This document shows, in pieces, positions 38,169 through 52,226 of a stretch of DNA of 64,000 nucleotides. Source of the DNA: Paramecium tetraurelia (lineage: Eukaryota); NCBI GenBank assembly GCA_000165425.1, contig CT868152.1:434001-498000 (forward strand), written 5' to 3'. The position numbers and the translations under genes are program-made. The notes under the pieces were generated by a model, which saw nothing but the letters and a program-made list of their open reading frames with translations, had not been told where the DNA came from and did not search any database. Position 1 is the first letter of the stretch. Each line of letters begins with the position of its first letter.

Positions 38169-38621
38169 CAACTTTTAAAAAAAAAATATATTGAATTCAA
38201 TCACATTATTATGAGTTTATAAAACAAAATCAAAATGGTATGTTATTTAGGACGACACGTAAATTTTAAGAGGTTTGAGAGATCTATAAATTTTAAGAGG
38301 TAAGAAAGCCCCGAAATTTTAGCAACTTTTACCCAATATCTAGATTCTCAGTTGTGCTTTGAAGGGTGCAGGAGAGTTACACTTTAGGAGGCCAAATTTT
38401 TTTTTGTTTATTATAAATATGGGAAAGAACGAGAAAATCATCATTTAATATATAAATATAGAAGATAACTTATGATTTTTAAGGAGATACAATGTAGATG
38501 TTATATAATTATTAATTTAATTGAAAATTATAAATGTATGTTTATATAAAATAATAAATATCTTAAGATATTTAATTGTTATTAATATCAGTATAAATTA
38601 TAAATGCTTATTTTGATAATT

Positions 38622-40226
38622 TCAGTCGGCGCAATCATTTGCAAATAGACTCAAGAAGTCTTGGCCTAAAGAAGTTTAGAAGGGGACTTTAACAGGTATC
38701 TTAGCTTAATTTTTATTAAGTTAAGAGCTATTATTATATTTTATAACTATTTAAGGTTCATTAGCTCTAAATCCATGAGCTGAGGTAATTTGATTATTTA
38801 AAGGGGAATAGCTTATATTTTATAATCCAATATTGTTGAATTTTATATTAGCTGATTAAGGATGCTTATAATTGACGTTTGCTTTTTCTAAAGATATTTA
38901 ATTTCAATACTTCCTTCATCAGTGTGATATCCATCTTTGGATTGAAATTTGTTAAAGTTGACTTTGTTATTCATCTTGAAAAAGCCAAGATCAAATTCAT
39001 CAAGATCATCATTAAAATTATTGTTAACTAAGATGGAATAGAAAATTGATTACCTTTATCATCAATCTAGGCATACATATTCTTAATGGGAATTTCATGA
39101 TTGGCTAAAGAATCCACAGCCTCCAGAGGTAAATCTAATCCAGTGGCTTTAGGAGGAGTTTTATGCCTCGAAGGAGGGCGATCATTGTTATCCAAATTAT
39201 CTAGTACATGATCGGTTGGTTTTCTTCTTTATCCTGAGCGGATGGAGAGGATATCCTAAAATAAAAGATAAAGATACTTTAGGGGAATTTAGAGAGTTAG
39301 CAATGATAGGCATAACTTCTTAATTTTCTGAATCATCTTCTTGGATAATATTGGCTTAATAATCAAAGAGCTGAAATTCTGAATCTTTTTTTTCTGTTGT
39401 GTTTTCCTAAACTTCATTGGTTGAATTGGCAAATCTTTTTCTTCGGGCTCCTTCAGATGTTTAAGGTCTGTTTAGAGTGGCAGTTGCTTTCCTCATACTA
39501 ATTATAGGTTCCTCCAATTGTTTCTGAACAAATGATTTGTTCTTCTAGATGTGAGGCTCTTCCTGTTGTTAAGTTGGAAGTTGCAAGTTGTGATCTCCTT
39601 CACTGTCAGCATCATTGGATTCATTTGAATCAATATCAATATTATCAACTTCCATTATTTCAACTTCATCATTGTCTCTAGGTGTTAGTTATGGATCCTC
39701 ATAATTATAAGCACGGATGTTATCACATTATAGTTTAGGTTCAAAAGTATTTAATTATTATGTCTATGGTCTACTCTGCTGTTCACAGGAGTGAAATGCT
39801 CTTGAGTTTTATTGAGTAAAGGTTCTGGATGGTTTTAATGAGGCTACTCCACTCTTTGGTACATCATCATACCTTTTTTCAACGCTCCTTCTCTTCATCA
39901 TTCCTTAAAATGAGCCGGCATAGATTTTTGAGATCTATTAGATGTTGTTTTAGTAACTTTTAGGAGGCTATCTAATTTAGGATCAATGGTACTCACATTG
40001 CTTTAGTGTATGGGTTAGGAGTCTAATGAGAAACTGTGATCAATGGTTGCTAATATGGACTCTTCAAGGGTAATTTATCTTTTCTGGATTGTTGTGGTGC
40101 TGTTCCTCCTCTTTTAAGATTTTCTCTAAGCTAAATTAACTCCTGATGCAAATACCCTTAATTAGCAAACCAACTTAAGTAAAATGGCTGTTATTATTGC
40201 TCTTTCTAACTTTTTGGCTTAAACAT
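38622..40226 (-). CDS. Hypothetical low-complexity protein
   Basis: MFKPKSQKEQQ start; long coding-like frame with short introns; ends GQDFLSLFANDCAD-TGA. Confidence 0.65.
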
Positions 40227-40275
40227 ATTAATAAATATGAAACTTGAATCCAAGAAAGAAATTCTAGCAAAACTG

Positions 40276-40767
40276 ATGCAAAAAGTCCCACTTATACGTG
40301 AGCATAGACTGAAATTAGGTTAATAAGTTAGATACCCTATAACTTAAAGTCCTATGAATGTAACTCCGATCATGGCTTCAAGGTAAGCAGAAACAATCAC
40401 AGATACTTCGACCATTTATCAATTAGTACCTGGGTTCAAGATTAATAATTAATCCACTTATAGATTGCATGGCAGTTCTGGGAGGAAGTATCAGGATAAA
40501 TCTTGTTCAATCACAAAGTTTAAAACATAGCCTTCCTTTTCTCTGAATTCTACAATTTCTAGGATTTATCTGTCTCCAAGACCAGCAAAATCTTCCAAAT
40601 ACAAAAAATTTGTAGAAACATCACACACATTTAGAAAAAATATTCCTCGTCGAGCAATTGTATTGCAGTCTAACAAACAAGATTGCTATCATTAACCTTC
40701 TTAATGGAATCTCGAAAGATGGGACACAAATGATGATAGAAATGAAAACAAATCATTTATTTTTTGA
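40276..40767 (+). CDS. Hypothetical basic Ser-rich protein (163 aa)
   Basis: 492-nt TGA-free ORF, divergent from the previous gene. Confidence 0.6.
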
Positions 40768-41077
40768 TTTATACTGCATCTTCTTAAAATAAATCTAATA
40801 ATATTAATAATGACATTTTTCTCACTACCATTAATAATATATAATAAAAACCGACTAATTACTGCACCTTTTAATTTTGTAATACAAAGATACCCTTTAC
40901 TTCCTTCACATATCTATATTTACAATACATTTAGGATTTTAAATAGGAGAAAATATTTTTCAATAAATAAAATAGAATAATAAAAAGTAACTAAAGATTG
41001 AATTTAGAATTAATTACTAACATAAACATTAAGTGTTATTTCAAAGATATAATTTTATAAAATTAGATTTAATATTA

Positions 41078-43341
41078 TCATTCCTAATTATTTAAAAATT
41101 CTAGAAAATGTAAATCCTTTTCTTAAATTTATCTAAACTTTATATCTTCAACTTTTTCGATCTTATTTCCTAAATTTTTTTCAAAATTTGATTACTCTAT
41201 AAGTTTTGTTCTGAATACAATCTCATTATTTTATTTTTAAAAAACAACTTCCATTAATTTTTAAGGCGAGTCTTTTTAAAGATCAATCTCATCAACTTTT
41301 AAAATGTGATTATCATTTGTTTTGAGAATTTTTCGATTATTTAAGTAATCAATATGAAATTCTTCGAAATCTTTATTTAATTTCTTAACGTTAGAAACTA
41401 GCTATAGTGAACTTCTCCTTTAAGGTACTTAAGGAGGAATATCACATTCATGATTTAGTGAAATGGCCATAGCGTTGTTTTATTATTTGACCTTATTAAA
41501 CGAATTGGATAGAGCTCTATCCTTCATTTCCTTATTATCTAATGGATCAGAGTAGGATAATTTGTTTGAGTAATCTGTATAATAACCCATATCTTACAAA
41601 ACCAATTCAAATTCATTTAAAGTATTATATGAGTTTTCATCGTTCTTATCCTAAATATTCTTTTTCTCTTTGAATTCTTCACTCTCACTAATATATGATT
41701 CTGAATTAGATTCTGAATCTGCATTTTAAATTGGGATGGTTTCGAATTTATTTTGAGTTATTTCTAGATAATTTTATTTTGGAGTTGAGTTACTCTAACA
41801 ATTAATAAATATATTGTTAGTTTATTCATCAATTCCATCTTCTTCTAAATATTTGGCTTCCTCTACATCCAGGGCTGATACAATAAACCTTTCTTCAAAT
41901 TAAGGACTGCTAGGATCTTCTCCTAATTTATTCTTATGTCGTTCCTCTAGTTTCATTTAATGTACCTTCAATGTTCTCCAATTATGAGAAACCATCAATT
42001 ATTCTTCTATCTATTTCAAATAGTCAAAGTATGGCAAGAAATCTCCATCCTTAATTAACTTAAGGGACAATTTTTATTCAAATTAATAAATTTAATTGTC
42101 TATTTATCTATGATGTTTTTCATGTATTTTATTCTTTAATATTAGTTTGGATGCCCAATATGGATGGTAGTCGTTTAATGCCCTATCAAAAATGAACTAA
42201 ATCATGTTGTTCACATAAGATATAAAGATATCTGATTTATTAAATTTATGCATTAAACTAAATATCAATTCCATGATATTTGCCTTGTCAACCCTTTCCC
42301 ATAATTAGATATCTGTGATTCTGACTAAATTATCAACAATCTAAAACGAAATTATGATATTTTAATACTTCAACCAACTTAATGTTCAATAAGCCAACCT
42401 TAGTTTAATATAATAGTGATTGATTCAAAGCTAATGCTATTATTTAAACATCAAAAGACTAAAAGAATTCAGTATTTCTAAAATTTTATATAATTTCTTA
42501 AGTCTCTGGTTCTTCCAATTAGATATTCTACATATTCATTGAATAATAATTCGATACTAATGATAAAATATGAGCAGCATTCTTCTTTGTACTGTTAAAA
42601 TATATATATTTTACATATGATTGATTTCATCCCGAACAATTATAGAAAGCATTTTCTTTTGAATTTCTCCTTTTATGATAGATGATACTTGAGCATCATT
42701 TATGTTTCTAATCATTATTTCATGAACAATGAAGGTAAAATTGATAGCACTAAAAGAATCAAAATTTTAAAATATGACAAAACCTGCTTTTAAAAAATCA
42801 AGTTATTATTAGTTAAACCCAAACTCATAAAAGATTATTATGATCTAAGCAACGCTATTAACATGTATAAACGGGAGAAAGGAAACAAGAAAGTTAGGTC
42901 TTTGAAATTGATCAATCACGAATTTCTTGTCTCTTTCCTTCATCAACTCTAATAATCTGTGAGCTATTCCCCATTAAGTATCTGGTGCTGTCTTTCTCCA
43001 TCTCAAATCAAATATAACTTCCCAAATAACCTATAATAACATCTGATTATTACTTCTATTTATTTCATTAGAGGCTCTAATTTCATGTCAATAATCTCAA
43101 AGATCTTAGTAATCAAGTCGCTATAGATAGCCAAGTACTCAGCTTAAACCTTTTCATAGTCAACAAACAAAATGTCAAATATTTGCTTCACATTCCTAGA
43201 AAGAACATCAATCGCAAATGGATCGCTCGCTCTCAAATATTTCATAAATGCTTCCATATTCAAAAGAATTTAAAGGTTTGACTAACTGTAAGCAATAATT
43301 TCCTCAATTTCGCTCAAAGATGAGTTTTTTGTTAAGTACAT
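41078..43341 (-). CDS. SAPS-domain-like (Sit4/PP6 regulatory subunit-like) protein
   Basis: Helical-repeat protein with GLLNIKLVE and IMELIFSLMHKFNKSDIF segments and an acidic disordered tail; the family call is by resemblance. Confidence 0.5.
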
Positions 43342-43468
43342 TTAAACTATTAATTACGAACAAAAATAATTTAATTGTTATGAAAGAATATGGATTATTA
43401 TAAATGATAGAATTTTAGAATTATTTATTCTAAACAAAAAGATCTTATGAATTATTTTTATTTTTCAT

Positions 43469-44531
43469 ATGGCCTAACCCCATTAACACTGTCTATATGA
43501 TGGTCATTAGAATAGTGCCATATTGGGAGTTTGTCTCAATGCATCGTGTTAGAATAAAAAACCCTATTGTCATCATTGCATTTCTTAATATCATTCATCA
43601 CACGTCAATGATCTTAAAAATTTTGACCAACTTAAAATTTGGTCTAATTAGTTGAATTAATCTTACTAAGAAATCTAGAGTACATCTTAGGAAATCTAAA
43701 AACATTTATTGACCTTGGCAGACTAAATGAAAGGCTTGTATGTAGACCCCAACATCAACTTCTCTGAATGTAATTTAACAGACTTAGAACACCATGTCTT
43801 GAAATTGATTAACATCCAATAATTATCGAATTCTCTTTTACTTTCAAATCTTTAAGAAATCAACTCGAAGATAAATTTTGCGAAAGCTGGAGAAAGTCAA
43901 ATAAAAGGCAGCGCATTATAACTATCTCTAATTCAAACTAATTCTTAATCAATTATAGATAATACCTCTGCAAATTCTATTATTATATAACCTGCGAATC
44001 ATACTAATTTTCGTTTCTCTGAGTAGCTAACCTTCAAAGGTATCGCAATTCAAGAGAACGGAAAGAAAGCCGTATGCACTGGATTAGAATGGGGTTTTGC
44101 ATTGTGTGAACCTGCCATTCCTAAATGTGGGATTTCAAGATTTGTTTTTTAAGTATCTCACAGCAATGTATGTAACATATATGTTGGCGTATGCCATAAA
44201 GATAAAATTATTCAATCTAATTATTCTCCTATTTCATTTTAATAATTAGGTCATGGCGCTTACCTTATTTTTAGTACTGGTTTAATACTATCCCATTTGT
44301 AAGCTGAAATTAACTATTAATTTAAAGGATTCTCTTATTCAAATAATGATATAATAATTATGGAAGTTGACATGAATAAATAACAAATTCTATTCACTCA
44401 TCAATAAAAGTAATAATAAATTGTAAATGAATTTCAAATATTCTTAGGCTATGAAGTTAGATGTTACATAAGACCTATATCCATATGCAGAATTATGTGT
44501 TAGTTCGTCCATTTAAATCATTTAGGTTTGA
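43469..44531 (+). CDS. B-box-like zinc finger / coiled coil / SPRY-like protein
   Basis: CLYDGH..GVCLNASC..YCHHCISQYHSSH; C-terminal FALCEPAIPK..IYVGVCH..GHGAYLI..DIIIMEVDM..DLYP. Confidence 0.7.
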
Positions 44532-44931
44532 TTAATAATTTATAAAAATATCATGCAACCAATCATTTTTATACATAAAAAAAATAAAAATCTTAGAAAA
44601 AGAAGTTTATTCTAAGTAAAGATATAATAAAATATATTTTCATAATCTCCAATAAATTAAGAATTATTTCTATAATTTATTAAGATTTATCATGTGTTCT
44701 ATAAGTATTTATAATTTTCATAAATCTTACTAAACAAAGAAAAATAAAGTGATATGATATAGAAATTATAATTGTGATCACTTTCTTCGAAATCATTTTA
44801 TTATTGTCAGGGATTGATTCAAAATAGTATAATATTTTTCTTCTAATTTATATAGGTTAATTAGTTTTGAGTTTCTTATTTTGTGATGAAAATTAATTAG
44901 ATAAATAATTTGCATCAATAGTTGTGAACTG

Positions 44932-46137
44932 ATGATTGCTCCTGAAATTTTATCCGATAAGGTATTAAATATGATAATATCATGCTAGCCAGAAGACCAA
45001 TATTAGAGACTAGAGAAAGCTGTATATTAATTCATGTATAATTTATATAGATGATTGAATTGTTCAAATATGATAATTTACTTAACAATGAATACCTGGT
45101 TAGAAAATTCGAGACTGATATTTTAAAACCCGATTGGTATTTGCTATAATATGTTGTTGTGTAAAGAGAGAATTCAATTAAAAGTCAATATGTATAAAAT
45201 GAATTGAATACTCGCAAGAAATATCATTTAATTTTAACAGATGTATAAAAGAGATATTAAAATTTTAGATTTTAAATAAATATAACAAATAATTATGGAA
45301 TTTTGATCATCAAATGTTAATCATTCGTCCTTACTTTCCAACAGAGAGAAAGAGAATATAAATAAAAATACCAGTTTTGAATGTAGCTCTCATTAAAGAA
45401 ACACTGTAAAAATCTGGCTTCACAAAAGAGGAATTAATTTATGAAGAAGACATTTATTAAGCTGATAAAACATATGTAAAATTAATAGTAACATCTTAAA
45501 CTGAAAATTATGCAATAGGCATTTTTGATTTTTTGATGTCAAAAAAGGCAGAACTTCAAATTGATTCAGTTATTATGTAAAATGTTGATTACTTGGATGA
45601 ATTTCATAAATAAATTAATGCTAAAAAATGCTCAATGATGACCAAGAAGATCGAACAATAAGACAATGATTAATAGGGATATAAGAGAAATGATTAATAT
45701 GAAGAATAAGATAAAGAATTCGATAGGTCTTATCAAAAATCTAGAGCAAGAGGCAATAGACAAAGAGGAGGAGGAAATTATGGATATTATAGAAATGATA
45801 AAGATGATGACAGACATGAAGAGAAATATCACAATAGGGAGAAGGGAGATAGGAATGAAAGAGGAAATGATAGAAATGATAGAAATGACAGAGGTGGAAA
45901 AGATAAAGATAGAAGAGGAGGTTAAAGAGATAGAGGAAATAATGTATTTAATTTAAGTTATCTTAGTAATATGTGTAAAAAAATGATGTTCACCATTAAT
46001 AATAATAGTAATAACCATAATAATAATATTAATTAATACCTAAGGCAGTATTATAGAAGACACCAAAATAAAATATAAAACCAAATGCTTTGAATGCAAA
46101 TGATTTCCCTGCTCTAGATTCTGAATAAAAGAGCTGA
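44932..46137 (+). CDS. La-related (LARP4-like) RNA-binding protein
   Basis: Divergent La motif RLEKAMIELFKYDNLLNNEYL; RG/RD-rich middle; C-terminal LNANDFPAL. Confidence 0.55.
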
Positions 46138-46227
46138 GTTATATGAGTAATAACTCTATAAAATTATTTTATTATTCAACGTAATTTTTCTTTTTTTAAC
46201 ATCTCATTTTTTTAATAATTTAATATT

Positions 46228-47191
46228 ATGAATCATAGAAAGAGTTTATCACCGTTTAGTGAAAAAGTGAGAGTTATTTAATTTACTTGTTTAAGATTGG
46301 AGTTCCTTTACCCATTAGTTAGTGAACCCCTAAAAGTGATAGTGTGTGAAAAACATACCTTCATTGCTAAACCTTAAGATCAAAGATGTGCAATTGTTAA
46401 CTAAGTACAAGATAACAAATTATCAGACATAAGCTATTGAAGTTTTTAATCATAAAATCAAAATTGAAATCTAAAACTTAGGGACCTCGCAATTAGACTT
46501 GAATACTTACTAGGCCTTTTCATTGGAAAAAGTTCCAATTTATGATAGAAAAAATCAGAAACAATTGATTGGATTCCTATGTTTTAAGATAGATGAAACA
46601 TCGAAAAAGAGCACTCCAAATACTAGCATTTAAAACTCAAGAGAACAATCATTAAGTAATTCAATAAATTAAAATAGATTTTGGTTCAAATTTATTTACC
46701 ATTGCATTTAGTGATTAATCACAACAATAAAATTCTAAGTAACAAAATTCAATTTAAAAGTATTCTAATGAAGAAATAAAGAGAAATATTGACTAAATCG
46801 CTCAAATTTATGAAGAAATGAGCAGAGAATAAAATTAATTACTATAATAGGACCTAAAATTAAAGAAACTGGACAATGAAATTAAAGATTTGAATTAGTA
46901 GTTAAAATCCTTGCATGATTAAGAGCATCACTTAGATTTATAATTTAAAAAATTATAAACTCAATCTCCATAATTATAAATGTTGATTAATCAAAAAATA
47001 CAATAACAATACTCAATCCTAACTTTTAAGAAGAAATAAGAAAATCCAATTTAAAAATAATCGCCCTCATAAATAATTAGAACTGAGCAAACTAGTCAAA
47101 GATAGAAGAAAACTAATGTTCTTCCGTAATAAGTAACAATTAGTTTAATTGAATAAGAAAAGTTTATGAAAAAATAAAATAAAGAGCCTGA
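46228..47191 (+). CDS. Hypothetical coiled-coil protein
   Basis: Coding-like frame with heptads (IDQIAQIYEEMSREQNQLLQQDLKLKKL); boundaries approximate. Confidence 0.5.
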
Positions 47192-47357
47192 AATTCCAGT
47201 TAATATGTCTATACCCTTTTCTTTTAATGAATATTTTAGTTTATTCAAAAATTGATTCTACTTTAAATCATTAATGTATTATTTCTACTATTAAATATGA
47301 ATAATAAAGGCTTAACACATTGGAATATTAAAATATTATACTACTATTAATATAGCC

Positions 47358-47966
47358 TCATGCACCAATAGCCAATTTGGATCTAGCAGCCTATTTTCTT
47401 GATTAACGAGCAACAACTTTATTATTTGCTTCTTTCTTAACATTTTCATCTTTCTCAGCAGCCCAGATTTCAACGTGAGCATTAGATGATAAGAATGCTA
47501 TTAAAATAAATCATAAAGATTACGATTAATTCTTCCGTGTGCTCTGTATGTTCTACGTCTACCCTTTTAAGCTCTATTGACTTAAACATGATTGATAATC
47601 AATTTATCATTAGTCAAGTTCTTGACTTAAGCATTAGCAGCCAAATTTTACAAGAGTGATAAAACAATTCTCACACTCTTTTCAGGCCATCTACCTGTAA
47701 TTAATTTATTATGAATCTATACCTTATGATCTGCCGAATTCTTTGGCTTAACCTGTTCTGCCTACACCTCCATTAAATCTGGTGAATGGAACACATCTAT
47801 TATGTTATAAGACATCTTGTAAATATTTGAGTGCTTAAGCAAGGGTTTATCCTTTAAGTGCTTTAGCTACTTCATATGTATTCTTAAAGTGAGTTCTTAA
47901 ATCACTTGCCCTAGCCTTAGCGGACTTTTTAGCAACTGCTGGCTCTCTAGCATATTATTTGCCCAT
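47358..47966 (-). CDS. RPL17: 60S ribosomal protein L17 (uL22)
   Basis: [53 protein letters not shown]; two short introns. Confidence 0.97.
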
Positions 47967-48207
47967 TGAATCCTTTTTTAATTAATTAAATTTGTTTTTT
48001 CAAATTCATTATTAAATGGAAATATGATAAATAATTTTATTGTTAAAATAATGATAGGATGGACTTTTTACACAGAGATTTAACCAATATATTATCAATC
48101 AAATGATAATAAATTGGATAAACCATTTCATGAATTTCAAAAGAGAGAGATTAATACTTGTTATTAATTTTTCTAATGAATAGTTATATAACAATAGTTC
48201 ATATTAG

Positions 48208-49229
48208 TCATTAAATTTTTTTATTAGATTATCTATTTTTCTCATGATAATCCTTGGTTTCATCTGATGTTAAATTTGTAATAGACTTTTCAGTAGTTTT
48301 ATCCTTTTAGCTACTCATATAAGAATCATAATTTAAAGAATATTGAATGCTTTCCAAATTTTGATGCGTGATTAGAAAACTAGTTTAACAGGCAATATTC
48401 AGTTAATCTATAGATTAAGATTTCTTTCTTGATTCTAAACATCCTTTTCGATTATCTTCTTATTCTACAATTGAATTTTCGTTTCTTGTTTCACTTCTTT
48501 ATAGTCTTTCTATAACTTTATTTTATTTCTAGATGGGCGAGCAACCCTTTCTTTACTATTTTGAAGTTGAATTTTAACTCATTTTACTAAATGACTTTTA
48601 TATTGATGGCAAAATGAGACTATTATCATTTGACACCAAAGAATTACAGAATTTGTTGCATAGTTATTACTCTTTTGTTTTAGCACTAAGTTAATATATG
48701 AATTATACCTCTGTATTTCTTCTATTAATTCTTTTTCTTATTTTTTTAATTTACTTATTTCGAACATCTTTTTATTAACAATTAGTCTATTCATTTCCAT
48801 TTCTTATAATTATCTTTCCCTAACTTCCTTTATTTTTTTTTCTTAATATTATTCTCTTCTTTTGGTTACTTCTGAATTAAATTCTTCTATCAATTTTACT
48901 CTCATTTTTTTCTGTTAGATTTCCTACATTTTTGATTATTATAATTGGGTTTCTGTTTTTAGCCTTTCATTTCTAAGATAAATTCCTTCTTTCTCCACAA
49001 TTGGCTTGAATTGCTCAATTACCTGTTTTCTATCTAATCCCAGTTATTCTTATAATTATGTTATTGGTGACTTCTAGAATTTAGGAGAAATCTATCTCAG
49101 ATCCTTTAATTTCGTCTATAAAAGAAAATTCTTTTAATCAATGTCTCTTAATTAAAATTTCAAAGAATTAACTCTTTTTTTGACTTAATCATATTCTTGA
49201 GTAACTTAAACAAAACCTTGCTTATTCAT
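48208..49229 (-). CDS. Hypothetical coiled-coil protein
   Basis: MNKQGFVQVTQEYDQVKKRV; K/E/Q-rich frame with one intron. Confidence 0.55.
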
Positions 49230-49299
49230 ATTTAATAATAAAAATAAACAAATGAGATGTTATAAATTCTAATTTCTAATTTTGTATTTTTTCTCGATT

Positions 49300-50713
49300 A
49301 TGATTAATTCTAATGTCTAGTAGATTCTGCATAAATAAATTAGTTTTTATTAAATTAGAAAAATTTCCTAAGTTGCTAATTATTTCTAATTTAATCTGTT
49401 ATAATTTAATTCATAAATTGTTTAGAATTTTTTATATCCTTGTTGTCTTCAATATTATATAGTTCTTGGTAATAACATTTTGGTAAACAGAAATATCTTC
49501 TGTGTTAATCCTACAACGTTGCAATTTTATTTTTGGAACACTTTTTGAGAATTGTATTTTTGAGATGTTCAATCTTAGTTTATTTAAGAATACTTTGGTT
49601 AAATATAATATGTAAAATTAATAGGTTATATAAATTATTTAAGGAATACCAAAATTTATGAAAAGCTTATCAATATAGAATATGAAACAATCACACGAAT
49701 AGCCCTTTTTATCGACTTTGGAACTTTTTAAAATTATTTAAAAGTTTTTCTTCCTGATTTTGGGATTATTAATTATTTGCCTGAGAATGCTCCTTACTTT
49801 TAAGGAGGTATCTATTAGAAACAAAATCCTTAAGCTTTTGATTTTATTCTCCAATATTTATTCCTTTTCTACTTAATGATCTTTAAAAAGTAGCCAGCTT
49901 TTAATCTGTATTAATACCTCTAATTTATATTGAACCAAATCCATTTTATTTATGATTTATCTTATCATATTCTTTATCAAATTTGACCATATGATAGCCT
50001 ATATTCTGACATAACTATTTTATCTCTTGTGCTTACACATCATCCTTTATATCTTTCAAATTCATTGAAATAATAGTTATATTGTTATCTTCCATTTAGA
50101 TACATGATTTTGGATTAGTATTGTGTTAGGATGGACTCTATGATCTTTAAGGGTAATTCATCATGCGTCTTTTCAATTCTGAAATGTGTTGTTTACTTTC
50201 ATCATTTTATGCTTTGGGTCTCGACTTAACATTCTCTGTTTTATTTAATCGCATTAATTCTTGTTAATGTATTGAATAGTTTTCCTTTTCGCCCTTTGAG
50301 AAATTTATTTATTTGGTTGATTGTCTTTCCTAAGATTTGGATTCCTTTGATGAGAGCACTTAATTATCGTCTTGTAGCGTTAATTTATTAGGATTGATTA
50401 TTTTTTCCTTTGTAGATTGCACTACATGTTAACTTTTGATAATTTCATTAAAATCATAGTATGGTCTTTAATTTATGACTTTAGCAAAGTTATCTCCACC
50501 TAAAATAGAGGATGTATTCCTTTAATTTTTTTTAGCATGTTTTACTTCATTACTAGTAGTTTAGCAATTTATTGTGATATCGGTCTTGGAATTAAATTGT
50601 TGAGTGTCCCAAGCCAACAACTTTGTAGTATTTGAAATAGATCTTGGCCTCACTTATTTTGGTTAATCTTAATAAATAGGATTAATCACTCTTCTTGAGT
50701 CTTAATATTGCAT
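49300..50713 (-). CDS. Hypothetical protein, 3' end unresolved
   Basis: ATG 50713 MQYQDSRRVINPIY with a long TGA-free frame; exon structure below about 49650 is ambiguous. Confidence 0.45.
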
Positions 50714-50807
50714 TAATATATTCAGTTAAAATTATCATTAATTTATGTTTATAAAAGTTGTTGTAATTCATAATAATAATAAAATTAATGTAACATATAA
50801 ATTACTA

Positions 50808-51835
50808 TCATTTTCTTCTTTAAGACCACTCGATCATTTTATACAACTTCACATATTTTGATAAATTGCCATCCCTTAAAAAGCATGCTAATCCTTATAT
50901 TAAATGAATTTACATTAGTTATTAGTTGAAACATCTTGAAGTTAGAAATCGAGTTCATCATCTTCCATCAACTCCTCCAATTTGGTTTTCTTGGTCTCCT
51001 TAGTTTCAACTTTCTTATCTTTTTCAGTCTGTTGCACTCTAAAGAAATCAGCAAGATCTTATTCATCCTCTGTCTTCTCCCTGAATATAAGCATGAATAA
51101 TACTAAAGACTTCTGGAATAATATTGGTTGATTAATCTCTCGATTTTTATCTAGGCTAAATCTAAGTTCAATTCAGTCTTTTCGATTGCTTCAAATTCAA
51201 TATCCAATTAGACTTATTCTTATTGTTCTTTCTTTTTATCAAATTATTCCTTTTCTTTATAATCCTTGGTTTTCACGTCTCCTATGGGAATCATAAAGGA
51301 TTAGCACAAATCTTTTAACTATACAAATAATCATCAATTTTACAGTATATAAAATGCTCTTAGCCTGGATTGCTGTTTCAATTGGACATACAATGGTGAC
51401 TCTAAGATTATTTTATTTTTTTATCAAATCTTTAGCTTAATTAACCTTCAATTTCAAATCTTACATTGTGATAGTGTGACTTAATTTAAAATGTTGATCA
51501 TTCAATTTTTATTATTCCTTAATCTTTACAATGTCATTCATGAATTTAGATGCAAGTTCATCAGAGTAATCACACACTTTGCATAAAGCAGGCTTAATTT
51601 CTTGATTGATCATGATTAAGTCTTAGCCCAATTTATCTGCCTTTTTCCTAGCCTCTTCACATGCAAAAACACCAATCAATTTATTTTAGGAATCCAACAA
51701 TCTAACATCACCAAAGAAATTGATGTCTTCATTTGCTAAACTAGGTTTAATCTTGAGTAAAGTAGAAACTTTATTTATGATGTTGGCATTAAATTTGTAC
51801 TTTCCAAAACAATATCCAGGCACCTTTCTAAACAT
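50808..51835 (-). CDS. Mitochondrial translation initiation factor IF-3-like
   Basis: Presequence-like N-terminus, then NEDINFFGDVRLLDSQNKLIG..EARKKADKLGQDLIMIN..PALCKVCDY (IF3 N-domain). Confidence 0.8.
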
Positions 51836-52226
51836 AATTTAATTATATTATTTCTTAAAATGTTAAACACTATTGAGATTCTCTTCTTAATCGATATAAT
51901 ATATTCATTCAATTATTTTGTAAAAGTGAATAATATTTTATATCCATTGATAGCTGTGGATTAAAAAAAAGAAAATATCCCTTTGGGATTTGATGCATAT
52001 AAATATATATTTAATATTAGTTCAGCTATCGTATTGAATTCATTGAATTTCATACTGACGTGTAAAATTTCATCATTAATTAAAACTTAATTTTATTATT
52101 AAAAAGAAGTGAGAAAGTTTTTTTGAATTTAAATGATGAATTTAGAGCTACTTTTTCTAATTTTAATTTGATTTGATTTTATATATAGATATAAATTATA
52201 TTTTGTATTTTTGAATAATATTACTC

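Noticed and set aside
38300..38315. GAAAGCCCCG resembling an RNase MRP conserved region
   Set aside because: The complementary P4 partner segment was not found on the same strand.
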